Assembly: GCA_045106895.1 (NCBI GenBank)
Contig: JBGCFM010000104.1
Span: forward strand, 1-64,000
DNA length: 64,000 bases
Direction of reading: 5' to 3'
Origin: Polyangiales bacterium
GTDB lineage: Bacteria > Myxococcota_A > Polyangia > Polyangiales > Houyiibacteriaceae
This document shows positions 1 through 9,963 of the stretch, piece by piece (position 1 is the first letter of the stretch; each line of letters starts with the position of its first letter). The position numbers and the translations under genes were made by a program. Below the pieces are notes generated by a model. It saw only the letters and a list, made by a program, of their open reading frames with translations, ran no database searches and was not told the origin of the DNA.

Positions 1-2480
1 TTCGCGAGGGCCATGGTGATCGCCGCGGCCCACGCGCAGCGAGGGTGACGCAGAATCCACGCGCGACAGTCGGCTTTGTATTTCTTGCCGATGAAGCCGA
101 CAAGAATCGGCGGCGCGATTCGGTGATCTCCGAAAGGCTGCGCCCAACGAAGAGAGCCTTCGAGAGACTCCTCCACCATCGCCGCCAGTAGCCCCCTTGC
201 ACCTTCGCCAGCCATGAGCATCGCGATGCCCCCACCCCACCGAACCTCGTACTCGCTGAAGGCGTAACCCAGCGCCGCGAGCCGCGTGTCGTACTCTCGT
301 GTACGGAGCGCGAAGGACGCGATCGCAGAGGGAATGGACCAGCGCTCGCAGTGCTCGACCCACTCGCCCATCGTCTCCGGGCTGAGGGGCTCGCCGTTCC
401 ATGTCAGCGGCTGATTGTGGCTCAGCGCTTCCTCCTCCTCTTCCGGTGTCCACTCACACGTGAATGGAATCTCAATGAGCGCTTTGCGTTCCGGTGCGCG
501 CTTGGGTGTCGCCGGCTCATAGACGCCGGGGTTGCCGTCTTCGTCGGCGTCGCGCTGCTCCAGCGACGGTGGGCCGAGCGGCTTGGTATCGGGAAGTGCC
601 GCGAGGAGGTCCGTGTCAGCGCGTCCTTTTAGAAGCGACTCCACGCGCGCAGGCTGAAACTGCATCGCGAGAGATAGGCCTTCGGCTCCCCAGGCATATC
701 CGGCTTTGTGCTCGTCGTGGAGCGCGCCGAGCGCCTCGTCGGAATCCAGGTGAGCGAGAAGAAACGCCCAGCGATTGTTCTCCCTGGCGCTATCCTCAAA
801 GGGTTTGGCAGGCTTCATATTCGCGAGAATCGAAGCGGCGGCGACGCCTTCAGAGTCGAGTATTGACGCCAGGTATATGCGCGCCCCACCGGTAAAGAAC
901 TCGTGGCGAACCTTGGGGTTGGTTTCTAAAAATCGCTCAAGCCCCGCGATGTCCACAGACGCGAGGCCGCCCGCGTTGAGCTCATCGTTGCCGAAGCCTC
1001 TTCCGACGCATGCCTTGAGCGCCAGGTCCGCAGACTCACGCTCGTCCGCGCCGCTGTCTCGCGTGAGAGGCAAGAGGAAAGAACGGGCCCACGCGAGGTG
1101 GGCGGGCAATCGGCCCACGTAGCTCTTTTGGTTCGCCGCGCTCACGGCTTCGACAAACCCCTCCATGATACGCAGCTTGGCTGCCGCATAGTCGCTCGGC
1201 GTCGCGACGGCGAGCATGTCTCGGACGCGTTCAAAGGACGCCATTCGCTGGTAGGGCAGCTCGCTTTCGATGCCCTTCATCAGACACACCGCCGCTTCGC
1301 CCAAACCGCGAGTCGCGATGAGGTAGTCCGCGATGCGCGCATACGTCGCCACGGAATAGGCTCCGTGGATACAGACTCCGCGATAGCGTTGGTAGAAGCG
1401 CTTCGCGAATTCGATGTCTTGTTCCAAGGGCACTTCTTGGTGCACCGAATTCACCAAACGTTCCGCCCAGGCGCGGTCTGCCGCTTCGTTCGATGCCATG
1501 CACCGCCAGATGAGCGAGCGTGCCGTTCGGTTCTCGGACTGTTGATGCTCGAGGATCGCCGCGTCGCAGGCCCACATCGCGTTGCGAAGCGCGGCCCAGG
1601 CGGTGTCGACATCCGGAACCGGCCGCACGGAGGTCTCGGCGCCGCCTTGGCGTGGAAAGATCACCTGGCGCAAGTCGTTCGTGAAGTAGACGCCGTCACG
1701 CAGCTCGGTCTCGAAAGCCGTGGGCGTCCAGTCTTGTTTCACGCCGGACTTCGGCGCGGCTTTCCAATGGGCCGGAACATCGGCTCGCTCGTCGGGCTGG
1801 ACTGCCGCTGGGAGCTTCTTTCCTTGCTGGTCGCACGGCTCTCCCTTCTTGTCGAAGAAGCGTCGCACGCCTTTTGCGTGGTCGACTTCGGCGGTCCAAA
1901 CACGACGACCGGCGCTGTACACCGCGAAGTGCTCTCCGGTCTTTTCGCTTGAACGGTGGAAGCGCTCGACACCGCTGACCCGGCCGTTCTTGAAGGTTCC
2001 TTCTCGAGAGACTTGGCCGTTGGGGTGAAAGCGCTGAAAGCTCTTTGGGTCACCGTCTTCGTATTCTGTGCGACAGCAGCGCGTCCCGTCCAAACGCCAC
2101 CAGGTAACGACCCCGTGGTATTTGCCTTTGGCGTTTCGCTCGGCGAGCTCCCATTCGTAGCCGTTGTCCGCCATGACAGCGCCTGCGGGAACTCCTTTCG
2201 GGCGACCGTCCGCTGCGTCGTCGTCGGGGACGTCAGCGACGTCCGCGTCCTTTTCCTGAGCATCCGCGGAACCCTCGCCCACGAGGACGTAGCCCTTCTT
2301 GATCTTGGCCGCGACGACCTTCGCGTGTTCCTTGTCGGCCTTCTCTGTCGTGTCGAAGCTCTTACTTTGCTGCCGACCCGAGGTGCCTATTTTTCCATAA
2401 CAAACGTCGTAACCATCGGCCGTTCGTTCGATGGTCCAGAACTTCGATGATTTGGCATCCTTGTACTCATAGCGGGGCAT
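1..2480 (-). CDS. WGR-domain protein with MORN-variant/YwqK-like repeats; 3' end runs off the window (>826 aa)
   Basis: Manual translation from ATG 2480 gives MPRYEYKDAKSSKFWTIERTADGYDVCYGKIGTSGRQQSKSF...KIKKGY (WGR signature), then YHGVVTWWRLDG...FHPNGQVSREGTFKNG repeats. The frame was open wherever I spot-checked it down to base 1, which explains its absence from the ORF track. Confidence 0.85.
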   Translation of the reverse strand, partial: MPRYEYKDAKSSKFWTIERTADGYDVCYGKIGTSGRQQSKSFDTTEKADKEHAKVVAAKIKKGYVLVGEGSADAQEKDADVADVPDDDAADGRPKGVPAGAVMADNGYEWELAERNAKGKYHGVVTWWRLDGTRCCRTEYEDGDPKSFQRFHPNGQVSREGTFKNGRVSGVERFHRSSEKTGEHFAVYSAGRRVWTAEVDHAKGVRRFFDKKGEPCDQQGKKLPAAVQPDERADVPAHWKAAPKSGVKQDWTPTAFETELRDGVYFTNDLRQVIFPRQGGAETSVRPVPDVDTAWAALRNAMWACDAAILEHQQSENRTARSLIWRCMASNEAADRAWAERLVNSVHQEVPLEQDIEFAKRFYQRYRGVCIHGAYSVATYARIADYLIATRGLGEAAVCLMKGIESELPYQRMASFERVRDMLAVATPSDYAAAKLRIMEGFVEAVSAANQKSYVGRLPAHLAWARSFLLPLTRDSGADERESADLALKACVGRGFGNDELNAGGLASVDIAGLERFLETNPKVRHEFFTGGARIYLASILDSEGVAAASILANMKPAKPFEDSARENNRWAFLLAHLDSDEALGALHDEHKAGYAWGAEGLSLAMQFQPARVESLLKGRADTDLLAALPDTKPLGPPSLEQRDADEDGNPGVYEPATPKRAPERKALIEIPFTCEWTPEEEEEALSHNQPLTWNGEPLSPETMGEWVEHCERWSIPSAIASFALRTREYDTRLAALGYAFSEYEVRWGGGIAMLMAGEGARGLLAAMVEESLEGSLRWAQPFGDHRIAPPILVGFIGKKYKADCRAWILRHPRCAWAAAITMALA

Positions 2481-2547
2481 AGACCTCTTTCCTCTGACCG
2501 AGGTCGGCACACTATCACCTGCCGGCTGAGCGCCGCGGCGCCCCACG

Positions 2548-2580
2548 AAAAAAGCCCCCGCTCCAAAGAGCAGAGGCTTC
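2548..2580 (-). terminator. Intrinsic terminator downstream of hppA
   Basis: Minus strand reads GAAGCCTCTGCTC-TTTG-GAGCGGGGGCTT-TTTT: a GC-rich stem followed by a U-tract, about 35 nt after the hppA stop. Confidence 0.8.
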
Positions 2581-2614
2581 ATTCTGACCCGCGTGAGCAG
2601 GCGATTCGCTGGGG

Positions 2615-4771
2615 TTAGCTAGCGATGAGAGGAGCGATGACGAGAGCAACAACCGCCATGAGCTTCACGAGGATGTTGAGGCTGGGACCAGCCGTGTCCT
2701 TGAAGGGGTCACCGACGGTGTCGCCGACAACAGCGGCGTTGTGCGCTTCGCTGCCCTTGGGGTGAACTTCGCCGTCGTCCATCTTGTAGCCGCCGCCCTC
2801 GAAGGACTTCTTGGCGTTGTCCCATGCGCCACCGGCGTTGGACATGAAGATAGCCATGGCGACGCCGCTGATGGTCACGCCGGCGAGGACGCCGCCGAGA
2901 GCTTCAGGACCCATGCCGTGACCGGCGGAGTTCTTCAGGAGGTTACCGCCGAAGCCGACGATGACGGGTGTGAAGATGGCGAGTGCGCCGGGCATGACCA
3001 TGCGCTTGAGGGAAGCGTTCGTGGAGATCTCGACGCAACGTGCGGTGTCAGGCTTGGCTTCACCTTCGCGAAGTCCTGGGATCTCGCGGAACTGACGACG
3101 CACTTCTTCGATCATCTCCATCGCCGCTTCACCCACGGCGTCCATGGCCATGGAGGAGAAGAGGAACGGAAGCATACCGCCGAGGAAGAGACCGCTCATG
3201 ACGATGGGGTCGGTGATGTCGATGCCCGTGGAAGCGATTCCGGACTGCTGCGCGAAAGCGGCGAAGAGAGCGAGAGCCGTCATGGCTGCGGAGCCGATGG
3301 CGAAGCCCTTACCGATGGCGGCGGTGGTGTTACCCACGGCGTCGAGCTTGTCGGTGCGCTCGCGAACCTTGGGGTCCTGACCGCTCATCTCGGCGATGCC
3401 GCCGGCGTTGTCAGCGACTGGGCCGTAAGCGTCGACGGCGAGCTGGATGCCCGTCGTGGAGAGCATGCCGAGAGCGGCAATGGCAACGCCGTAGAGGCCG
3501 CCAATGGTGGAAGCGCCGATAACACCTGCGCAGATGCAGAGAATCGGAAGCGCCGTGGAGCGCATGCCCACACCGAGACCGGCGATGATGTTCGTCGCCG
3601 TGCCGGTCTTGGACTGGTTGGCGATGCTGTCGACGGGGGGCTTGCCCATGGAGCAGTAGTAAGAGGTGATGAGGCCGACGGCGACGCCTGTGGCGAGACC
3701 GATGACCGTAGCAGCGCCAACTTCCCACCACAGAAGTGGGTCCGTGGAACCGGCGGCCGTGACGCCAGCTTCGGGCCACATGAAGTTGGCGATGCCGAAG
3801 GTCGCGGCGGCCATGACGCCAGCGGAGCCGAAGGCACCTGCGTCGAGAGCGTGCTGAGGGTTGCCGCCTTCCTTGGTCTTCACGAAGAACGTGCCGACGA
3901 TGGAAGCGACGATGCCTGCGCCAGCGATGACCATAGGCATGACGATGGGGGCAACGGAGGAGCCGTTCTGAACGACGTCGAAGCCGAGTCCGAGGACCAT
4001 AGCGCCGACGATGGCGCCGACGAAGCTCTCGAAGAGGTCAGCGCCCATGCCAGCGACGTCGCCAACGTTGTCACCAACGTTGTCGGCGATAACGGCAGGG
4101 TTACGTGGGTCATCTTCTGGAAGACCTTCTTCGATCTTGCCGACGAGGTCAGCGCCGACGTCTGCAGCCTTCGTGTAGATGCCGCCGCCGACGCGCGCGA
4201 AGAGCGCGATGGAGCTAGCGCCCATGGAAAAGCCGGTGAGAACCGTGATGCTCGTGGTGAGTCCGTCGAGGCCCGTCTCGAAGACGCCGCCGGTCGTGAA
4301 GAGAATGTAGAGTCCGCCAAGGCCGATGGAGGCGAGGCCAACCACGGTCATGCCCATGACAGCGCCGCCGGAGAAGACGACGTTAAGAGCTTCGGAGAGA
4401 CCGGTGCGAGCAGCAGCGGTGGTTCGAACGTTGGCGTCCGTGGCGACCTTCATGCCTGCCCAGCCAGCGATGGCGGAGGCGACGGCGCCCAAGACGAAAG
4501 CACCCGCGATGAGAGGGGAGCGGTTCGCGGCTGCGGCTTCTTCACCCATATTGGCGAAGGCGAGGAGCGCGGCGACGCCGGCAACAAAGAGGGCGATCAC
4601 CTTGTACTCGGCCTTCAAGAAGGCCATCGCGCCTTCTTGAATCTGGCCGGCGATCTCCTTCATGGTGTCGTCGCCCATGTCCTGCTTTTTGACCCATCCA
4701 GCCTTTACGAAAGCGTAGAGAAGGGCGAGAACGCCAGCCGCTGGAGCGACGTAAATCAAGTACTGTTCCAT
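2615..4771 (-). CDS. hppA: Membrane-bound ion-translocating pyrophosphatase (K+-dependent, probably Na+-pumping)
   Basis: Motifs [52 protein letters not shown] and [10 protein letters not shown]; many TM segments; GAGG RBS upstream of ATG 4771. Confidence 0.97.
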   Translation of the reverse strand: MEQYLIYVAPAAGVLALLYAFVKAGWVKKQDMGDDTMKEIAGQIQEGAMAFLKAEYKVIALFVAGVAALLAFANMGEEAAAANRSPLIAGAFVLGAVASAIAGWAGMKVATDANVRTTAAARTGLSEALNVVFSGGAVMGMTVVGLASIGLGGLYILFTTGGVFETGLDGLTTSITVLTGFSMGASSIALFARVGGGIYTKAADVGADLVGKIEEGLPEDDPRNPAVIADNVGDNVGDVAGMGADLFESFVGAIVGAMVLGLGFDVVQNGSSVAPIVMPMVIAGAGIVASIVGTFFVKTKEGGNPQHALDAGAFGSAGVMAAATFGIANFMWPEAGVTAAGSTDPLLWWEVGAATVIGLATGVAVGLITSYYCSMGKPPVDSIANQSKTGTATNIIAGLGVGMRSTALPILCICAGVIGASTIGGLYGVAIAALGMLSTTGIQLAVDAYGPVADNAGGIAEMSGQDPKVRERTDKLDAVGNTTAAIGKGFAIGSAAMTALALFAAFAQQSGIASTGIDITDPIVMSGLFLGGMLPFLFSSMAMDAVGEAAMEMIEEVRRQFREIPGLREGEAKPDTARCVEISTNASLKRMVMPGALAIFTPVIVGFGGNLLKNSAGHGMGPEALGGVLAGVTISGVAMAIFMSNAGGAWDNAKKSFEGGGYKMDDGEVHPKGSEAHNAAVVGDTVGDPFKDTAGPSLNILVKLMAVVALVIAPLIAS

Positions 4772-4979
4772 CAACAAAAACCTCGGTGACTCGCGGGGGG
4801 GAATTCCCTTTTCGCGGGCGGCGGGGGGATACTTGATTTCTGGGGGTGGTCAACCGGCCGGAAGCGCAAAGGTGTGGCGCTTTTCACGCACATTCGAAAA
4901 CGGCACGTATGTTCAGTCCCCCAAATAAGGTCTTGCGCAGATCTAGCCCTATCGACTCCGAATAGAATAGGGTTCCCGG

Positions 4980-6206
4980 GTGAGTGACGACGCGAAGGTC
5001 GAGATCTTGTCCGATGGGACGGTCCGCGCGAAAGCCGGAGCACGCGATCGCTTTGCTGCGCGTCGCGGTGATTATCGAATCGCCGTCGATTCCCCGCGCC
5101 TATTACTCCTCCGAAAAGAGGGGGAGAGCGACGAGCGTGTACTCATGGCGGGTGAGCTGCTGACCCGAATGACGGTGATGGAGATCTTGAACTTCATCGC
5201 TACGGCAAACTGGCGCGGCGAGCTGCACATCCTTGGCGAAAGCGAACGCGTTCTGCTCGTGGACCAAGCGGCTCTTAAAGGAGCGCGCAGCCAAGCCACC
5301 GATGAACGGCTCGGGGAAACGCTCTTTCAACAGGGGGTGCTCACGCGCTCCGAGGTCGACGAGCTTGCAGCCGACGTCGGCGAAAAACGATTCGGCGAGC
5401 TCTGCGTCGAGCGCGGATTCGTCGACAGCGCAGGCCTCTACTCCGCGCTCCAAAAGCAGGCGGAGAGCATTTTCTTCGGCGCCCTCCTCGAAGAGGAAGG
5501 CCACTACATCTTCACCGTCGGCGGCGCGGAAGAAGAGTCCGGCACGACAATGCACATCCCGGTGCACGGTCTGCTCATGGAAGGCGTGCAGCGCATCGAC
5601 GAGATGGCGCTCTTCCGCGACAAGATCCCGAGCAGCAACCTCTGCCCGCAGGCCGAACAAGACGCTCCTGCCCCAAAGAAGCTCGACACCACGGCCACCG
5701 CGGTGCTGCGTTTGTGCAACGGCGCTTTGACCATCGATGAGATCGCGAAGAAGACCGGCTTCGGCGAGTTCGCGACGACGAAGGCCGTGTATCACTTGCT
5801 CCAGCAGAAGCAGGTAACCCTTCGCACTCCTTCCACCGTCGACCCCGGCGCCGTCGTTGCCCTCGTCGCTCGCTTCAATGAGGTGCTGCAGGATATCTTC
5901 GTCGCAGTCGCAACCTACGGCGGCCTCGACCAGACGCGCAACACCCTCACCGCGTGGATCGTGGGGAGTGGCTACGGGCCCTTCTTTGGGGAGAGTCTCG
6001 ATGAGTTCGGCGGTATCGATCCCCACCACGTGGCCGATGCGCTGCAGAACGTGAGCGTCGAGCACCCTCTCGAAGCGCTTCACCAAGCACTTCACGAACT
6101 GGCCGCGTTCGCACTCTTCAGCGCCACGACGACCCTTCCACGCGACCAGGAGCTAAGCCTGGCGCGCGACGTCAACGCGCGGCTCAAAGCCATCCGCATC
6201 GGCTGA
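4980..6206 (+). CDS. DUF4388 (PATAN-like) domain protein with winged-helix-like segment
   Basis: GELLTRMTVMEILNFIATANWRGELHI, ERLGETLFQQG, RFGELCVERG and LLMEGVQRIDE are typical of myxobacterial DUF4388 proteins. Confidence 0.8.
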   Translation: MSDDAKVEILSDGTVRAKAGARDRFAARRGDYRIAVDSPRLLLLRKEGESDERVLMAGELLTRMTVMEILNFIATANWRGELHILGESERVLLVDQAALKGARSQATDERLGETLFQQGVLTRSEVDELAADVGEKRFGELCVERGFVDSAGLYSALQKQAESIFFGALLEEEGHYIFTVGGAEEESGTTMHIPVHGLLMEGVQRIDEMALFRDKIPSSNLCPQAEQDAPAPKKLDTTATAVLRLCNGALTIDEIAKKTGFGEFATTKAVYHLLQQKQVTLRTPSTVDPGAVVALVARFNEVLQDIFVAVATYGGLDQTRNTLTAWIVGSGYGPFFGESLDEFGGIDPHHVADALQNVSVEHPLEALHQALHELAAFALFSATTTLPRDQELSLARDVNARLKAIRIG

Positions 6207-6249
6207 GCGCTCTTTGGCGTTTCGTCCAAAGCAGGTCACCGTGTCTCGT

Positions 6250-7257
6250 ATGGTCATGCGCGCGCTCTGGGCTCTTGCTTTTGCCTTCGGGTGTTCGACG
6301 AGCCCTTGCGACGACGACCACACCTGCATCGACTCGGCCACCGACGCGGCTCCCTCCGACGTCGGCGCCGATACCGAGGCTCGGGTGCGAGACGCAGCGG
6401 CAGATGCCTCGGACTCCGGCGCGAGCATCGACGCCACGCTCGTAGACGCGGGACCAGACACGAGCGACGCGACTGCGCCCGACGCCGGCCCCCTTCCCGG
6501 CTTCACCGTGGTCACCTGGAACATCGAGAACTTCCCTCAGGCCACATCGACGCCGCGCCTCGTTGCGGAGATCATCGAGAGCGAGCGATGGGACCTCATC
6601 GGCGTTCAAGAGATTAGCGACGACGCGGCGTTCCTCGCCCTCATCGATGAGCTCGAAGACTACGACGGCTATGTCTCCTTCGACGATCGCGCGTTTCAGC
6701 GCAACGGCATCCTCTTTCGCCGTGACCGCGTGCGTGTGCGGAACGTGCAGCGGCTCTTTGAACGAGATGGCTACGCGTTCCCGCGTGACCCCTTGGCCGC
6801 AGACGTCACCTTTCTAAACGAAGACGGCAGCGTCGCCTTTGACTTCGCCTTCGTCGTTGTCCACCTCAAGGCCACCCTCGAAGAGGAGAGCCGTCTCCGG
6901 CGCCTTGACGCCATCGAGAAACTCGACGCTTGGGCCCGGCAGGTCATGGCAGACGGAGAGAACGAGGTCGTCATCGTTGGGGACTACAACGACGAAGCGT
7001 CGGACCCCGCCGGGGAAAACGTCTTCGGCCCCATGCTTGGCGACGGCTACAGCATCCTCACGCAGGCACTCGACGAAGACGCGTTTAGCTTCATTCCTTT
7101 CCGCGCACTCATCGACCACGTGGTCATCACATCCGAGACCATCCAAGAGTACGGAATGGGTACGATCTCTATCGCCGAGAACGTGCGCACCGGAGTGCTG
7201 AACTACACCGACAACGTCAGTGACCACCTGCCCGTCGTTGCGCGTTTCGTTCCCTGA
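6250..7257 (+). CDS. Endonuclease/exonuclease/phosphatase (EEP, DNase I-like) lipoprotein
   Basis: Lipobox FAFGC, Asp/Ala linker, then VTWNIENF, DLIGVQEI, VVHLKA, VGDYND, IDHVVI and SDHLPV. Confidence 0.92.
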   Translation: MVMRALWALAFAFGCSTSPCDDDHTCIDSATDAAPSDVGADTEARVRDAAADASDSGASIDATLVDAGPDTSDATAPDAGPLPGFTVVTWNIENFPQATSTPRLVAEIIESERWDLIGVQEISDDAAFLALIDELEDYDGYVSFDDRAFQRNGILFRRDRVRVRNVQRLFERDGYAFPRDPLAADVTFLNEDGSVAFDFAFVVVHLKATLEEESRLRRLDAIEKLDAWARQVMADGENEVVIVGDYNDEASDPAGENVFGPMLGDGYSILTQALDEDAFSFIPFRALIDHVVITSETIQEYGMGTISIAENVRTGVLNYTDNVSDHLPVVARFVP

Positions 7258-7304
7258 AACCTCGAATGCACCTAATCCTGGGCTCAGGGCACTAGGCTCC
7301 AAGG

Positions 7305-7665
7305 GTGCGCTTCTTCGCCGCCTTCTGCCTCTTTGTTTCGGCCTGCCCTAGCAGCCCGACTGTTGGCGGCGACGCGTCGATGGACGGGGCGCAGGCCGGT
7401 GGCTTCAGCGTCGTGACCTGGAATATTCGGGAGTACCCAAGGACCTTCCTCCCCCAAGTGCTGGTAAGCGAGATCATTCAGCGGCGCAGCTGGGACCTCA
7501 TTGCGATTCAGGACATCAGTGACGCGAACGCCTTTGCGGAGCTCGTCGATTCTCTCCCAGCCTACGAAGGCGTGCTCTCGGAGGAGCGTGGGTTCTGAGG
7601 TCATCCACTACGATCGAAACGTGTCCGACCATCTACCCGTCGAAGCACACTTCGCGCGCCAATGA
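7305..7665 (+). pseudogene. Internally deleted, frameshifted tandem paralog of the upstream EEP gene
   Basis: 7305-7598 encodes a lipobox plus VVTWNIREYP...WDLIAIQDISD. A shifted frame at 7597-7665 encodes EVIHYDRNVSDHLPVEAHFARQ*, matching the upstream gene's C-terminus (NYTDNVSDHLPVVARF). The central catalytic region is missing. Confidence 0.85.
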
Positions 7666-7778
7666 GTGCAACGCCCAATGCTGCTTCGTCTCTGAGAGCG
7701 TCAGCGTGGATGAGTCCACAAAGCGACGCCGACTGCTGACCCTTGGGCGAAGAAACCCTCGCCCCAAGCAGCTGGCTG

Positions 7779-8276
7779 CTAGCGAGTCTCACCGCAGTGC
7801 TGACAGCTTCCGTCGGCGTTCTTCTGTCCCACCACGTAGAGCTCGTGAATGTGCTTCTTGATGGTGAAGCCACGCTTCGCGACAAGCTCCTCCTGAAGTC
7901 GCTCGATCTCGTCGTTCTCGAACTCGATGATGCGGTCGCAGTCCATGCAGATCAGATGGTCGTGGTGCTCGTCTTCGTGGGCGACTTCGTAGCGGGAAAC
8001 CCCATCGCCGAAGTGACGCTCATTCGCGAGGCCACACTTCTTGAGGAGCTTGAGCGTACGGTAGACCGTGGCGTAGCCAATCTTCGGCTCTCGCTCACGC
8101 ACAGCGGCGAGCAGATCCTCGATGGAGAGATGCTCCGTGCTCCGAAAGAACACATCCGTCACCAGGCGGCGCTGGCTAGTCGAACGAAGGCCATGCGTTT
8201 CCATGTACGCTTCCAGGCGCGCCTGGAGGCCTTCGATGTCTCCGTGAGAATCGCTCTTTGCTGTGTGCGTTGTCAT
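7779..8276 (-). CDS. fur: Fur-family transcriptional repressor
   Basis: GLRSTSQRR, IGYATVYRTLKLL, HHDHLICMDC and a C-terminal CQHC. Confidence 0.93.
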   Translation of the reverse strand: MTTHTAKSDSHGDIEGLQARLEAYMETHGLRSTSQRRLVTDVFFRSTEHLSIEDLLAAVREREPKIGYATVYRTLKLLKKCGLANERHFGDGVSRYEVAHEDEHHDHLICMDCDRIIEFENDEIERLQEELVAKRGFTIKKHIHELYVVGQKNADGSCQHCGETR

Positions 8277-8320
8277 AGCCCCGTGACGCCCAGCCATAGG
8301 GTACCCTAGGCGCATTGTCC

Positions 8321-9931
8321 ATGGAGCAGAGCCCCACGAAAAGCGAGTCTGGCGAGAATGCGCCCCAGAATTCCAGGGAATCGACGCCTGGAGCGGATGA
8401 CGCACCCAAAGCGCCGGTCAAACGCGATCGTTTTCTATGGGGAGTTCTTCCCGTCGCCTTGGCCTTGGTCGTCAGCGCGTTCTTTGTCAGCGATGCGGCC
8501 AAGTCCCAGAACGACGTACAGATCGGGGCACCGTTTTATACCCAAGTCGGCCACGACATCCCGGTCTTTGGCTTTCACTTCGGCGAGGGCCACGGCGAGC
8601 TCGGCGGCGCCGAGTCTGTGCAGGTCCACCTCGTTGGCGCCGATGAGGAGAGCCTCGCGGAGAGCACCCTCGTGCCCGGTGAAATCGTTGGCTACTTCGG
8701 GCACCTCCCTGCCGTCGACGTCGCCGGCGAGTACCAGCTTCGGGCCGAAGCGATGCCGCGGCGTGAACCGCCTGAGACGGTCACGCGTCGCATCACCGTG
8801 GAAGCGGCGCCGGAACAGGCGACGCTCCGCGGTCGCAGGCAGACAGAACTGCAGCGTTGGGAACCCGGCAGCATCGTTTCTATCGCGGAAGCCGAGGCGC
8901 CGGAGCACCTGGACGCTCGCGTCAGCGGCGGGGCCTGCGTCCCTGGTGAAGAGTGCGTGCTCTTAGTCTGGGTAGGACAGCCGGCGGCGGCGATTGGATT
9001 GGCGCGGAGCGGCGGCATTGAGCCGATGCAAAACGAGGAGTGCGGCGAAGTTCGCGTGGAAGGGCAATCGCCCTCGGAAGAGTTCTCCCTGGAGGGCGGC
9101 GGGCTTCAAACCAGCGGCGTCCTTCGATGCTCCCTCCGCGTCGCATCGAGCGAAGGGAACGTCCGTATCCTCGCGTTCCGGGATGGGGTCGCTGTCGCCG
9201 AGCGCCCACTGCAACTCCCCATCGCCTTCGCGACGCCGCTCGTCGACATCGAGACCGCACACCTGGCGTCGGGCGAGACTCCACGCTTCGTCAGCCACGA
9301 AGAGGCCCTCGTCGCCACGCTCTACGAAGATGCCCGCCTTCGACGTATCGAGCTCGTCGGACCAAACCCCGCCTTCGAGGAGGAACTCGCCGAAGGACTC
9401 TGGCGCGCGCAATTCCGCCGTGATGCGTTTGGCAGCGAACACGTCGCGACGCGCCTCTTCGTCGTTCACGACCAGCCCCTGAGCTACCTGGCCGGACACC
9501 CTTCTCAGCGACGCTGGCTTGACCCGATGGCGCGAGAGCGGCCGCAGTGCGAGGGGGCGCCGTGTTCTACGGAACGCCTCGTGCGTTTCATGCTCGCCGC
9601 CGGCGAACTCGAGGTTGCCCCCGCCCCGACCACATCCAGCGGCAAAGTTCAGGCACTGACGCGCCACACCACGGAAGGCCAAGGGCGTCGTTTCTTCGGC
9701 GTTGGGCTTGTTCTTTTTGCCGGCCTCCTTGTCGCCTGGGCGATCTACCGTCGCGGGATTCGCAGCGCGGCCATCACGCGGCAGCGCCTCAAGGCAGCCA
9801 ATGCGGATATGCCGGCGAGCGCCACAGCGGACAAACGCGCGTCGCTGAGCGCGGGCATTTTCGTATTCCTCGTCTTCGCAGCCGTCGCAGCTCTCGTGTT
9901 CTCACGAAGCTGCGTCGCCGTGTATGGCTGA
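8321..9931 (+). CDS. Hypothetical membrane protein (N-terminal TM, large periplasmic region, two C-terminal TMs)
   Basis: 536-aa ORF with coherent hydrophobic segments; divergent from fur. Confidence 0.7.
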   Translation: MEQSPTKSESGENAPQNSRESTPGADDAPKAPVKRDRFLWGVLPVALALVVSAFFVSDAAKSQNDVQIGAPFYTQVGHDIPVFGFHFGEGHGELGGAESVQVHLVGADEESLAESTLVPGEIVGYFGHLPAVDVAGEYQLRAEAMPRREPPETVTRRITVEAAPEQATLRGRRQTELQRWEPGSIVSIAEAEAPEHLDARVSGGACVPGEECVLLVWVGQPAAAIGLARSGGIEPMQNEECGEVRVEGQSPSEEFSLEGGGLQTSGVLRCSLRVASSEGNVRILAFRDGVAVAERPLQLPIAFATPLVDIETAHLASGETPRFVSHEEALVATLYEDARLRRIELVGPNPAFEEELAEGLWRAQFRRDAFGSEHVATRLFVVHDQPLSYLAGHPSQRRWLDPMARERPQCEGAPCSTERLVRFMLAAGELEVAPAPTTSSGKVQALTRHTTEGQGRRFFGVGLVLFAGLLVAWAIYRRGIRSAAITRQRLKAANADMPASATADKRASLSAGIFVFLVFAAVAALVFSRSCVAVYG

Positions 9932-9963
9932 GCGCGGCACGCCGCTCCGCCGAAGGACTCGAC

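Noticed and set aside
7596..7598. Selenocysteine readthrough or programmed frameshift at TGA
   Set aside because: The central catalytic region is absent, so recoding could not restore a functional EEP enzyme.
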